Positions 54,326 to 64,000 of a DNA stretch of 64,000 nucleotides are shown piece after piece. The stretch is from NCBI GenBank assembly GCA_963422735.1, contig OY730476.1, positions 4,416,001 through 4,480,000 of the forward strand, read 5' to 3'. The translations under genes and the position numbers were made by a program. How positions within the stretch are numbered: the stretch's first letter is position 1; every line of letters begins with the position of its first letter. Source of the stretch: Candidatus Latescibacterota bacterium (GTDB lineage: Bacteria; Latescibacterota; UBA2968; UBA8231). The notes under the pieces are model-generated. The model saw only the letters and a list, made by a program, of their open reading frames with translations. It ran no database searches and was not told where the DNA came from.

Positions 54326-54678
54326 TTATGGTATTCCTCTGTTGGCCTCAAGAAAGTAACCACTCCGCTTTCTCAATAGTCGTTTGTGACGTTCAGTCGA
54401 AATAGACCCTATAGAGCCCAGTACGCGATGACGCGGTGACACAGCGAGAAAGCCGAGTCGAATCAGAGATTTTGAGCGCAGACCACTCGACTTGAAATCC
54501 GCGTCAGCAGGAGAAATAATTTCGTCAAATTCCTCGACATACTGACGGGACTGCGTGCTTACACCGCAAAAAGCGTATCTCGATAGAACGGCATCTCCCG
54601 TAGAAAAATGGCAGGTCTGTCCTTTAGCTCCCCATCGGCCTGAGGTACTGGTGTAATAACGACGTCACCTTCCCTCAT
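54326..54678 (-). pseudogene. PemK/MazF-type toxin with two frameshifts
   Basis: MREGDVVITPVPQADG / KDRPAI / GVSTQ...SGLRSKSLIR...LGSIG. Confidence 0.75.
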
Positions 54679-54919
54679 AGTCGGGAGTCACCTCTTTGAG
54701 CAACTCCGCTGAATACTCAGGTTCGTTCTCGCCGTAGGTGTCTTTTAGTCTTTGACCAGATAAACGCAGCCAAGCTGCATACTCACTGTCAGATTCTCGT
54801 CTTGGTAGAATAGTGACTATCAGTTTCGCATTCAGTTTCGCATTCGGTTCTAGGTCAAATGGCTCATCCAAGCAAATGCGCTCTCCATCAAAATGGGCGG
54901 GCACAGCTGTCATGGGCAT
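54665..54919 (-). CDS. Putative antitoxin of the MazF-type toxin
   Basis: Small acidic ORF (AHFDGERI.LDEP) overlapping toxin start. Confidence 0.65.
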   Translation of the reverse strand: MPMTAVPAHFDGERICLDEPFDLEPNAKLNAKLIVTILPRRESDSEYAAWLRLSGQRLKDTYGENEPEYSAELLKEVTPDYEGR

Positions 54920-55017
54920 AGTCAATTCCTCCTTTGAGAAAGCGGTTTCACAGCAGTTCCCTTTCCCCCGTTTGGGTCTTGCGAACTTTTTTGGCTGCCG
55001 AAAAACACACATTGTTC

Positions 55018-55248
55018 CTATCGCCTATTCCAGATTGCTTCTGCGATATTCCGGTTGATGCCCGCCTGAAGCTAGATCGAGCTCAATGTGCCTTGAGGAA
55101 TACTGCGCTTGTTTCGCGGCACGACAACTACGCGATTGTGGCCTCCGTATTCTCCCGCGAAAATGTCTTCCTTGCCGCGCCTAGCGAGTTGTATGCCGAT
55201 CTGGTTTAATATCCAAGCTACATCCCTGCTGGATAGGTTCTTAGGCAT
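55018..55248 (-). pseudogene. HicA-like toxin with in-frame TAG at 55072-55074
   Basis: MPKNLSSRDV...VVVPRNKRSIPQGTLSSI*LQAG. Confidence 0.75.
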
Positions 55249-55519
55249 GTTCGAGTGCCAGCGGGATCGCCTTAAAAGATTGCTCAGAAACCTCGTCCCC
55301 AGAAAATAGGAATTCTTTAAGCTCGTTTATGGGTACAGGCCGATAGATTTCGTCTCGGCGATTCTCAGCAATCATGTACTCAAGATAGGCTTCCGCCGCG
55401 TCTCTCAAGCCTTCCAGCGTTTCTTTTTTATTTTTTCCGCAAGAGGCAATATCCAGCTCGACGCACAGCGAGGCGTACTGATTGCCTTCTTTTTTTATTA
55501 AACAGGTAAGCGGTTTCAC
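55241..55519 (-). CDS. HicB-like antitoxin
   Basis: KEGNQYASLCVELDIASCG...LRDAAEAYLE; GGAG RBS before GTG. Confidence 0.8.
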   Translation of the reverse strand: MKPLTCLIKKEGNQYASLCVELDIASCGKNKKETLEGLRDAAEAYLEYMIAENRRDEIYRPVPINELKEFLFSGDEVSEQSFKAIPLALEHA

Positions 55520-55557
55520 GGCAGACTCCTTTCCCTTGCAAAATACCATCTTTGCAC

Positions 55558-56817
55558 TCAGGTCTTGCGCTCCTTTTTCTTCGCCGCCGGGAAGAGTACG
55601 TTGTTTAAGATCAGCCGGTAGCCGGGCGAATTGGGATGCAGGGTGAGGTTGGTCGGCGGGTCGTGGACGTGGTGCCTGTGGTCTTCTGGGTCGTGGCCGG
55701 CGTAGAAGGTGAAGGTCCCCTTGCCGACGCGGCCGTGGATGTACTTGACACTGTCGGTGCCTTCTTCTTGACCGAGGAGGATGACCGAGTCTTTGATCAG
55801 CGACTGGCGAAAGGCCGTGGTCTGGCCGAGGAAGCCATCGACGATGTTGGTGTGGCACTGGGTGAGCATCGTCGGCACTGGGTCGTATTTGGCGGAAAAC
55901 TCGAACAGCGTGAAATACTCGGCCTCGGCCGTGCGAACTCGGCGCATGTTGTTCGGCGTGGTGTCGATGTTTGAGAATTCGTACACGAGCGGGTTGGTTT
56001 CGAGCACAAAGTTCTCAAAGGCCACGGTGCGGCTGAAGTCGAGCTTGGCTTGGGCGTTGGGGTCGGCTCCGTCGCCATCGAAGACCGCGTGACATATATC
56101 CACGGCGAGGGCAGTAAGGGCGATATCAAAGGTGTCGGTGGCCGAGCACATGGCGAAGAGGAAGCCGCCCGCCGCCATGTACTCGTAGATCTTGACGACC
56201 ACGGCCTTCTTTTGCTCGGAGACTTTGGCGTAGCCGAGACGGTGTGCCATCTGCTCGTACGCGGCTTGCTGTTCGCGGTACCAACCCTGATTGCTGTAGG
56301 AACCGTAGAACTTGCCGTACTGGCCGGTGAAGTCCTCGTGGTGCAGGTGCAGCCAATCGTAGTTGTCGAGTGCGCCTTGGAGCACCTCGTCGTCCCAGAT
56401 TTTTTCGTAGTCGATTTGGGCGTATTCCAAGGCAAGGGTCACTGCGTCGTCCCAAGGCTGTTTGTTGGGCGGTGTGTACACGGCGATCTTCGGCACCTTT
56501 TCCAAGCGCACGACTTCCATGTTGGACTCGTCAATCTCCGCGTAGATCTGGGCGGCTTGGGCCTCGGAGATGTGCTCGGTGCTGACGCCTCGGAGGATGG
56601 CTTCGCTGGCGATGAGGGCGTGTGCTTCGACGAGGAACGCGCCGCCTCGATAGTTGAGCAGCCACTCGACCGGAATGCCGCGCTCCAAGGTCCAGAAAGC
56701 GAGGCCATAGGCCCGGAGATGGTCGCGCTGGGCAGTGTCCATGGGCACGATAAGCCGCTCGGCACGAACCGGGAGGAGGGCGAGAGTGCAAAGGGCTAGG
56801 GCAAAGAGAATGGGCAT
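55558..56817 (-). CDS. Conserved secreted protein with GATase-like fold
   Basis: Signal peptide; WLLNYRGG, LHLHHEDFTGQYGKF, AMCSATD, GHDPED. Confidence 0.8.
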   Translation of the reverse strand: MPILFALALCTLALLPVRAERLIVPMDTAQRDHLRAYGLAFWTLERGIPVEWLLNYRGGAFLVEAHALIASEAILRGVSTEHISEAQAAQIYAEIDESNMEVVRLEKVPKIAVYTPPNKQPWDDAVTLALEYAQIDYEKIWDDEVLQGALDNYDWLHLHHEDFTGQYGKFYGSYSNQGWYREQQAAYEQMAHRLGYAKVSEQKKAVVVKIYEYMAAGGFLFAMCSATDTFDIALTALAVDICHAVFDGDGADPNAQAKLDFSRTVAFENFVLETNPLVYEFSNIDTTPNNMRRVRTAEAEYFTLFEFSAKYDPVPTMLTQCHTNIVDGFLGQTTAFRQSLIKDSVILLGQEEGTDSVKYIHGRVGKGTFTFYAGHDPEDHRHHVHDPPTNLTLHPNSPGYRLILNNVLFPAAKKKERKT

Positions 56818-56821
56818 GGAA

Positions 56822-57661
56822 TCAGCCGCTTTCGCGCAGGTGGCGGAGTCGCTCGATGCGCAGGCGCGTCTCTGGGGCGCGGGCGTCGTGCGGGTGTTGG
56901 AGGAGCGCGGTCTCGCAGGTTAAGAGGGCCTGCTCAACCGCGCCTTGGCGCTCGTAGAGCGCGGCGAGGCCGAGATGGGCGGCGACGATGCGTTCGCCTT
57001 GGGGGAAGTGGGCGATTTGGTGCTGGTACAGGGCCATGGCCTCGTCAAGACGACCTTGTTTCGCACGCAGCTCAGCGCGAACGAACAGGCTCCACTCTAC
57101 GAGGCCCGGCTCGGCGCGATCTTCGAGGTCGGCCCATTGCTTCTCGGCCGCTTCGTTCTGTCCTTGTCGCTCTAGAAGCTGGGCGCGACTGAGATCGGCG
57201 AGGCCAGCGGACGCTGCGTACTCTTCGCAGACGGCGAGCAGGGCGAGGACATCGTTGGCAAAGGCATGGCCCGGGTCGGCAGCACCCAGCGCGGCCAAGG
57301 CGGCTGTAGCTCTGGCAAAGTCGCCGCGGAAGTAGAGCAGTTCGGCGCGGTGGTAGCGGGCCGCGTACGCAGCCGGGCCGCCGCGCTTTTCCAAGTCCGC
57401 CCAAAAGCTATCGGCGCGGTCTAGGTCGCCGAGGCGCAAGCTGCACTCGGCGATTAGCATCAGGGCCGGTGCGGTCCACGGCCCGCGCTGCGGTGCTTCG
57501 ATCACCGCTTGCAAGGCGGTGCAAGCACCCTGTGCGTCATTCTCCATTAACAGGCGCGCTTGCTCGACTTGCGCTTGCAGAGCCTGCCCCGTGCTCGACG
57601 CGGGGGCGGCGGCGGTCGCGCTCCACAGGCCGAGGGTACCGATGAGGGCGGGGATCTTCAC
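56822..57661 (-). CDS. Tetratricopeptide repeat protein
   Basis: Ala/Leu helical repeats; GTGA overlap with upstream stop. Confidence 0.75.
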   Translation of the reverse strand: MKIPALIGTLGLWSATAAAPASSTGQALQAQVEQARLLMENDAQGACTALQAVIEAPQRGPWTAPALMLIAECSLRLGDLDRADSFWADLEKRGGPAAYAARYHRAELLYFRGDFARATAALAALGAADPGHAFANDVLALLAVCEEYAASAGLADLSRAQLLERQGQNEAAEKQWADLEDRAEPGLVEWSLFVRAELRAKQGRLDEAMALYQHQIAHFPQGERIVAAHLGLAALYERQGAVEQALLTCETALLQHPHDARAPETRLRIERLRHLRESG

Positions 57662-60600
57662 GGGGCTTCGTGCGCTTGCAGGTCTTGGTAGATTTGGTCG
57701 TAGTAGCGCCGGAGCAAGGCGCGGTACTCCTCGGGATAGGGGCCGGCGAGAGCTTGGCGCAGGGCTTCGCGCCACAGGTCGGGCGTCTGCTCGCGATCTG
57801 CGGGCCGGGCAGTCGGGCCGGCGTAGGGCTGGTCGGTAGCCGTGATGCTGCGCCGCTTTTCATCGAAGCCGCGGCTGTGGATGGAGCGGCTGGCGTCGAG
57901 CATGCGCTGGTAGATGCGCTCCTGATTTTGCCGCGTGCGCTGGTTGAGCCGCCCCTGCTGCAAGTCGGCGAGCACGTCCCGCATCTCTTCCCGTATGGCT
58001 TGCACCCGCTGTTGCGCCCCTCGGTGCCCGCGCAGCGAGCGGCTGATCTCGTCGATCGCCTGCATGAGGCCCTGCTGTTGGGCACTGAGGCGCGCGATTT
58101 GCCGCTGTTGTGCAGGGCCTGGCATCTGGCCCATGGCCTGCTCGGAGGCTTGGTTGAGCTGGCTCTGCTGCTCGGAGAGGCCGAGTAGCTGCTGCATGGC
58201 CTCGGCAAAGGCCGAAGGGGTCTGCGCCTTGGCGAGGTTGTCGAGGCTCTCGCGCAGGAGCAGAACGGTCTCGTTGAGATAGCGCATGGCCTTCTTCTGG
58301 GGATTGCGCGCCCCCTGTGCGTTGCGCTGGCCGAGGCGCTGGGCCGCGTCGTGCATCTGGCGCAGGGCGTAGCCGATGGTTGCGCTCAGATTGGGGGTGA
58401 GGGCCAAGGTGCGCTGGCCCACGGCGGCGATGCGCTCCACGACCTGACTGGTGCCTTGCAGGAGCGCGAATTGGTCTTGGGCGCGGGTGTCGGTAAACAG
58501 GCTCTCTTGGCGTTGGGATAGCTGGACGAGGTCGCGCATGGCGCGGCGCAACTCGCGGCTGAGTTCGTCCTTTTCTTCGGCGAGGTACTCGTCTTGAAGC
58601 TGCTGCAAGTCCGCAGCTATCGAGTCGAGGTCTGTGGCCAGAGCCTGCCCGGTCTGCTGGGCCGCGCCCTCGGATTTGGCCCGCATCTGGCGCACCATCT
58701 GGCGCATCCGCTCGGAAAGTGCCTTGCCCTCTATGTCCTCGGCGCGGTGCGCTAGCTGCTCGGCGAGCGCGGAGTTTTGCTCGGCCGTGGAGGTGCTCAA
58801 TTCTTGGAGTTGCTCGGCGAGCCGCTCGGTGTCGCGCTGCAAACTGCCTTCCTGTAGCTGCTGGCGTAGGCCGCTTTGGCCGGCCGCAAGCTCGCGGTTG
58901 ATCTGGCTCTGGCGGCGGGCTAGTTCCGCGGCTTGCTCGACGATGGCGCGAAGCTGCTGCTCGGTCCGCACCTGTTCGAGCAGGGCAATGGTGCGGTCGA
59001 GCCGTTGCTGGAAGGCTTGCTGGTCTTCGTTAAAGCGCTTGAGGGCGTCGGCGAGGGCTTGGGGGTCTGGGTTGCTAGCGGCTTTTTGTAGGTCGGCGAG
59101 GGCCTGCTGCATTTCGGGAGTGGCGATGTCCCCCATGAGCTCGCGGATGTGGTCGAGCTTGTCGAGCAGCTCTTCGGTGCCTGTGTCCTCGGCCTTCATG
59201 GAATCGATGGTTTTCTCCAATGTAGCTGCGAGCTCCTCTACGGCGCGGGTGCGCTCGACTTCGGCCTCAAGCGTCGCTTCGAGTTCCTTCTTTTGCTCCC
59301 AGCTCAACTCCTCGCTTTTGAGCAGCTCGCGGCGCACCCGCTCAACATACGCTTGATGAGCCTGTCCTTCGGCTTCGAGTTCCTCCAAGGAGGATAGTTG
59401 TTCGCCTTGGGCTTGGTCGGCCTCTGAGTAGAGTTCGTACAGGGAGGGGTAGCGCAGCGCGTACTGGCGGCTCTGGCCCTTTTGCGGGCCGAACACTTGG
59501 TTGTTGTCGAGGGCCTCTAGGTGGTAGTAGATGCGGTCTTCGGGCAAGAGGTTGGCGGCTGATAGGTCCCAGATGTGGCTGACGAGCACCTCGCGCTGAG
59601 GGCTGATGGGCAAAGCTCGGTGCTGTTCGGGGCCGTTGTTGACTCGATAGACCAAGGCAATTTTCTCGACGGAAAAGTCGTCACTGGCCTCGGCCTTGAG
59701 CAGCACCTTGAGGGACTCGGGCAGATCGCTGTCGCGGCCGGGATCGACGAGGGCCACTTCCGGCTCTTGGTCTTCGCGCACTTGGATGGTGTAGCGGATG
59801 GGGTCGCGGTTGTGTGCGCCCTTGCCATCGACGAGGGCGATATGGTACGCACCCGTGCGCTCGATTTGGAAGGCGACGCGGGCGGTCGCGCCGTCGAGTT
59901 GGGCGGGTATCGACAAAGTATCGTCAAGGACCAAGGCGGCCTTGGACAGGGGCTTGTTGGCCGCGATTTCTAGGGCGACGCGGGTGCCGGGCAAGCCCTG
60001 TATGTCGCCGCCTTCCTCTTCGATGCGGTCGGGCAGCCGGCTGTAAGCAGGGTACTGGTAGTGCAGGCGCAAGCGCTTGACGGCCGGAGGGTCAATGACG
60101 AGCACTTCGTATTCGGGCGAGCGGTCGTCGCCGACCGCGATGGCGTAGCGGAAGGACTGCTGGACTTGGGGGAAGGTATAAGCGACGGAGTCGGCGCGAT
60201 CAACCACGAGCTCTTCGATCTGGTAGGGTGCTTCTGTGCGCGGGCGGCGCACGATGCGGGCGCGGCGCGGCTTGTCACCGGCAAAATGCACTTGCAGGGT
60301 GGCGTCTTCGCCCTTGATGACTTCGAGGTCGCCAGGTCGGACGGTGATTAGGGTGCGCGGGGGTCGCTCGTATGCGGTAAGGGGATGAGCGCAGCGTTGG
60401 GCGGCTTGGGCGAGGTCGTCGCCAAACAGTGCGCCGCAGAGGAGCGCGACGGCAGCTACGCCGCCAAGTAGGCGCAGGTAGGTACGCAGTGGATCGCGGT
60501 CGAGGATTTTGGACGGATCGACGGTGTGCAAGAGCGCGGCGGCCCGTTCGCTCGCAGCCGCAAGGAGCGCGGGCGAGTGAAGGGTTGGGTCTGCGTCGGA

Positions 60601-60930
60601 TAACTCTAGCGCGCTAATCAGCCGCTGTTGGAGCGGGGGGCAGCGCCTTTCGACGAAGAGGGCGAAGCGGTGCCGCGAGAGGAGAACGGGCATGTGCTGC
60701 CGCAGGGCAAACGCCAGCACCCCCCCGGTACCCAAAAGTGCCAAGACGCCCCAGCCCGTGCGCCAAGGCGGCGAGAGGAAGAACAGGGCTTCGAGCAGCA
60801 CCCACAGCAGGGCGAGGCCCAGCCCGGCGGCTAGGCACAGGGCTACTCCGGAGCCGAGGGCGAGGACTAGGGCGCGGCGGCGCAGGGTGGCTAGACGTAC
60901 GCGAAGGGGTGAGAGTGAGCTATGGTCCAT
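57658..60930 (-). CDS. DUF4175-like membrane-anchored Ig plus coiled-coil protein
   Basis: N-terminal TMs, YPAYS, ASDDF, Gln-rich coiled coil, PEEYRALLRRYY. Confidence 0.85.
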   Translation of the reverse strand: MDHSSLSPLRVRLATLRRRALVLALGSGVALCLAAGLGLALLWVLLEALFFLSPPWRTGWGVLALLGTGGVLAFALRQHMPVLLSRHRFALFVERRCPPLQQRLISALELSDADPTLHSPALLAAASERAAALLHTVDPSKILDRDPLRTYLRLLGGVAAVALLCGALFGDDLAQAAQRCAHPLTAYERPPRTLITVRPGDLEVIKGEDATLQVHFAGDKPRRARIVRRPRTEAPYQIEELVVDRADSVAYTFPQVQQSFRYAIAVGDDRSPEYEVLVIDPPAVKRLRLHYQYPAYSRLPDRIEEEGGDIQGLPGTRVALEIAANKPLSKAALVLDDTLSIPAQLDGATARVAFQIERTGAYHIALVDGKGAHNRDPIRYTIQVREDQEPEVALVDPGRDSDLPESLKVLLKAEASDDFSVEKIALVYRVNNGPEQHRALPISPQREVLVSHIWDLSAANLLPEDRIYYHLEALDNNQVFGPQKGQSRQYALRYPSLYELYSEADQAQGEQLSSLEELEAEGQAHQAYVERVRRELLKSEELSWEQKKELEATLEAEVERTRAVEELAATLEKTIDSMKAEDTGTEELLDKLDHIRELMGDIATPEMQQALADLQKAASNPDPQALADALKRFNEDQQAFQQRLDRTIALLEQVRTEQQLRAIVEQAAELARRQSQINRELAAGQSGLRQQLQEGSLQRDTERLAEQLQELSTSTAEQNSALAEQLAHRAEDIEGKALSERMRQMVRQMRAKSEGAAQQTGQALATDLDSIAADLQQLQDEYLAEEKDELSRELRRAMRDLVQLSQRQESLFTDTRAQDQFALLQGTSQVVERIAAVGQRTLALTPNLSATIGYALRQMHDAAQRLGQRNAQGARNPQKKAMRYLNETVLLLRESLDNLAKAQTPSAFAEAMQQLLGLSEQQSQLNQASEQAMGQMPGPAQQRQIARLSAQQQGLMQAIDEISRSLRGHRGAQQRVQAIREEMRDVLADLQQGRLNQRTRQNQERIYQRMLDASRSIHSRGFDEKRRSITATDQPYAGPTARPADREQTPDLWREALRQALAGPYPEEYRALLRRYYDQIYQDLQAHEAP

Positions 60931-61042
60931 AGGGATTAGGCTTGGGATCGCTGTATAGATGTTGCGGTGCGGAGCATGGTTCCGCGTAGCATAGCAGGAG
61001 ATAAAGTTAGCCTAGGGGTGCCCCCGCCGCCAGACGGCTAGG

Positions 61043-62995
61043 TTACCAACTCATTACGTAATTGCCGCTAGTGCCGTTCAAGTAGTCGATAAAGTACCAC
61101 ACCCCGGCGGTGACGAACTGGCCGAGGATCAGGCCCAGAAAGAAGGGCTTGGTCTTCAGATAGAGCCGGGGACCGCCGTATTTCATCACTACTGTCTTGA
61201 GCAACCAGGCCAAAAAGACGCTGAAGAACATGGTGCCGAAGACGGCGCTGATGGGAAAGCCGAGGGGATGGAAAGGCCACCATAAAAATCGCTGCCGCGC
61301 CAGCATGAGTAGCCCCATAACCCCGGCACCAATTCCCGTGTAGCCCCAGTTGGCCCAATTGGGACCCGTGGGAGCGGCAATGCGGGCGGCGGCATTGTCA
61401 AAGGGATAGCGGGCGGCTCCGCCAAAAAAGAACTGGTCGGTATTGATGCCGCCGTAGCGATAGGCTAGGTCGATAATGGCCCAGATCGATGCCCCCAGCG
61501 TCGCGACAATGGCCACCAGCATGGCCCAAAAGACCAGCCGACGGCCTTTGGAGATGGTCTCTTCGACCAGCTTGAGGCCGTTGGCGCAGGAGGCCATGAC
61601 AAAGGTGAGAATGTCCGAGGCCCAGACATAGGTAAAGGCCAAGGCGACGGTGCCAGTGGAGCCTAGGGCGCGGGTGCCAAAGCCGGCGGCGACGAAGTCC
61701 GAGGCGATCATGGGGGCAAAGATGAAGGCCACCCCCCCTTCGGCGACCACGCGGGTGATGCCGATGAAGAGTAAGAAAGCGAGGATCAGGTAGATCGGCG
61801 TGATCCAGGCCGGCAGCCCCGATTTCCACAGCCAGACGCCCATGAATGCAAGGCTACCCAACAGCAGGAAGAAGGCGGTCCGGTAGGAGAGGATCTCATC
61901 TTTGTCGTCGACTTTGGGATTGAGGCCCAGGGCCTTGCCGACGACGGCCTTCAAGTGTCCCCGAGCAGTCCACAGACCAAAGAGCACCAGCACTAGAATA
62001 GCGCCAAAGCCCTGATGCACGACAATGGAGCCGGTATAGGCGCTGTACACGCCGAGGACGGGATCTATGATCTGGAAGCCCAGGATGTTGAAAAGGCCCT
62101 GCTGCATGGTATTGAGCAGATAGAAGAAACACAGGCCAAAAGCGATATCCGGGTTGACGAAATAGGAGAATCCGATCATTTGGAAACTAATGCGCAACGG
62201 AATGTGGATGGTGTCGCGGAAAAGAGATACCGAGGTGTCGAGACTGACCGTGGGCACAAAGGGGAAATAGTGGTTGAGGCCGTTGAGGCTTTGCAGGATG
62301 GCCGGCAGAGCAAAGCCGACCCACATGAGTGGATTGCGGAAGAAGGGCTTGAGCAGTGAGCGGCTGTCCTCATCCCCCTGGATCATGGACAGCGGTACCT
62401 GCACCAAAGGGAAAATCAGGCGCTCGCGCTCAACCCATTGGCGGCGCAGAATGACCATGGAAGTGATCATGGCCAGATAGAGCGCCAAAATAAAAGGCAA
62501 CCAGTAGGCCAGCGGCCGGAGCCACAAATTCCAAGGTATAGCTTGGCCTTGGGGAGCCCCTTCGTAGAAGTGTTGGATGCGGGTGAAGTCGTGATGCGGA
62601 ATTATCCAGTCCGGCACATAGGGTAGGACTAGTTCGTTCCAGTTGTTCTCGGGGGTGGCATAGTAGATCAGGCTGGTGATATCGGGTAGCAAGAAGGCGG
62701 TCAGGCCCCATTCGGGGATGGAGGTGGCGACGATCCACATGATGTAGATCAAGGCCAGCTCGGCCCGGTTCAGCATCCACGAGCGGCGCACGATCCCCAG
62801 GAGGGAATTGCCGCAGAGAATTAGAAAAAAAAAGAGGATGATGGCCGCCGGCGTATTGAAGTAGGAGGCGATGCGCGAGCCGTGCAGCACCATGTTGCAG
62901 TAGGGGATGCCCATACCAATGGCCCAAGCACCGGCCGCGCCGACGAGGAGGGCGCGGAGGCCGGGCCTCTGTGAGGTAGATGAAGTCGCGGTCAA
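61043..62995 (-). CDS. DUF6785/DUF6784-type polytopic membrane protein, paralog 2
   Basis: RRQWVERERLIFP, RVVAEGG, WWPFHPLG, FFLGLILG. Confidence 0.8.
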   Translation of the reverse strand: MTATSSTSQRPGLRALLVGAAGAWAIGMGIPYCNMVLHGSRIASYFNTPAAIILFFFLILCGNSLLGIVRRSWMLNRAELALIYIMWIVATSIPEWGLTAFLLPDITSLIYYATPENNWNELVLPYVPDWIIPHHDFTRIQHFYEGAPQGQAIPWNLWLRPLAYWLPFILALYLAMITSMVILRRQWVERERLIFPLVQVPLSMIQGDEDSRSLLKPFFRNPLMWVGFALPAILQSLNGLNHYFPFVPTVSLDTSVSLFRDTIHIPLRISFQMIGFSYFVNPDIAFGLCFFYLLNTMQQGLFNILGFQIIDPVLGVYSAYTGSIVVHQGFGAILVLVLFGLWTARGHLKAVVGKALGLNPKVDDKDEILSYRTAFFLLLGSLAFMGVWLWKSGLPAWITPIYLILAFLLFIGITRVVAEGGVAFIFAPMIASDFVAAGFGTRALGSTGTVALAFTYVWASDILTFVMASCANGLKLVEETISKGRRLVFWAMLVAIVATLGASIWAIIDLAYRYGGINTDQFFFGGAARYPFDNAAARIAAPTGPNWANWGYTGIGAGVMGLLMLARQRFLWWPFHPLGFPISAVFGTMFFSVFLAWLLKTVVMKYGGPRLYLKTKPFFLGLILGQFVTAGVWYFIDYLNGTSGNYVMSW

Positions 62996-63055
62996 GGGAT
63001 GGGTTGGGGGTCAGGGGACGGCTGCATGGGGAGCTATATTGGCGGGGTGGCGATG

Positions 63056-64000
63056 TCAGTACACCACCCCGATCAGGCGCGTCTCGCTGGTGTGGGACGC
63101 AGAGGCTGCATCTACGTCGGCGTCTATCTTACACAGATACGCCCCCGGCGGCACGAGTTGCCCGTCGTCGTCGCGGCCGTTCCAAGTGAATACCTGTTCC
63201 CCAAAGCCTTGCCGACTCCCGCTCCACACGGAGTGCCCGGCCAAGTCGAAGATGCGCACCTGGATGGTGCGCTCAGCATTGAGGTTGCCGAGCGCAAAGC
63301 GGATGTGGGCTTGATCGTTGGTGCCGTCGCCATTGGGGGTAAAAGGGTTCGGCGCGATGGCGAACCCCTGTACGACGCGGTCGGACAAGGGCACGGAGAT
63401 GCTCAGGGCCGTACTAGGCGTCAGGGTCGTGGCGTCTCCCGGATCGACTTGCTGATAGGTATCGGGAAAAGCCGAATCGCGGATTGCGGCATCTACAGTG
63501 GTGCCATTGAGCAGCACCGAGGCGTGGAAGCGCACCCTCACCAACTCGCCGGCTGCAGCGATGGACCCTTGCTGGCTCTGGGGCAGGGCGTTGTACGCGG
63601 CTTGAGTCAATGGATTCCCCTCGCGGTCAAAAGGGAATTCTCCGCCTTTACCTATCAGTCGGCGAAAGTAGCGAATCTCGCCTTGGAGCGAATCGGCCAA
63701 GCTCCGGTATGCGAACTCCTCTACGGCCTCTAAGTTGCGGCCCCGCAAGGCGAAGTAGAGGATGTCGCCCTGCTCCTCGATCGGTAGGCCGAGATAGGTC
63801 AGCTCGTTGAGTATGCGACCGTCGCCATCTACGGGCACCTGCTCGTCCTCTTCTGTCACGACCCGATAATAGGTGCGGGTGTCGTCATCTGCGGCCTGCA
63901 AGGCCACCTTTTCGGGTAGGAGCAACCGCAGGCCGGTGTTGGCGTCCGCCGGGAAGATCTTCAGGGAATCGCCAGTGGCCGCATCAACCAGCACATCCGC
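63056..64000 (-). CDS. FlgD-Ig C-terminal domain protein, 5' end outside window
   Basis: QQVDPGDAT, PNPFTPNGDGTND, WNGRDDDGQLVPPGAY, VVY; paralogous tail to 6108-8501. Confidence 0.8.
   Translation of the reverse strand, partial: ADVLVDAATGDSLKIFPADANTGLRLLLPEKVALQAADDDTRTYYRVVTEEDEQVPVDGDGRILNELTYLGLPIEEQGDILYFALRGRNLEAVEEFAYRSLADSLQGEIRYFRRLIGKGGEFPFDREGNPLTQAAYNALPQSQQGSIAAAGELVRVRFHASVLLNGTTVDAAIRDSAFPDTYQQVDPGDATTLTPSTALSISVPLSDRVVQGFAIAPNPFTPNGDGTNDQAHIRFALGNLNAERTIQVRIFDLAGHSVWSGSRQGFGEQVFTWNGRDDDGQLVPPGAYLCKIDADVDAASASHTSETRLIGVVY

Overview
GC-rich bacterial window. Gene content (several PhyH dioxygenases, two DUF6785/DUF6784-type membrane proteins, secreted FlgD-Ig-tailed proteins, enolase-superfamily and sugar-isomerase genes) resembles Candidatus Latescibacterota/Poribacteria-like marine or sponge-associated genomes; this is inference from content only. 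It holds catabolic genes, a sulfotransferase/arylsulfotransferase locus, a SUF Fe-S operon and a DUF4175-TPR-MoxR-DUF58 operon. Between these lie many decayed defence/TA/phage inserts: two GmrSD-like genes, an AAA+TOPRIM pair, a collapsed DUF499/DUF1156 operon inside suf, HicAB and MazF-type modules with dead toxins, VapC chimeras and a PolA fragment. The most unusual non-coding signal is a family of heptamer arrays (ACTAACC/ACTGATC/ACGGACC) at five loci: inside three copies of a ~200-bp element (14-bp TIRs, 6-bp TSD), as a perfect 23-copy run, and as a tandem-inverted palindrome in the suf operon. No rRNA, tRNA or CRISPR array was recognised. All family assignments are by eye from motifs; no searches were run.
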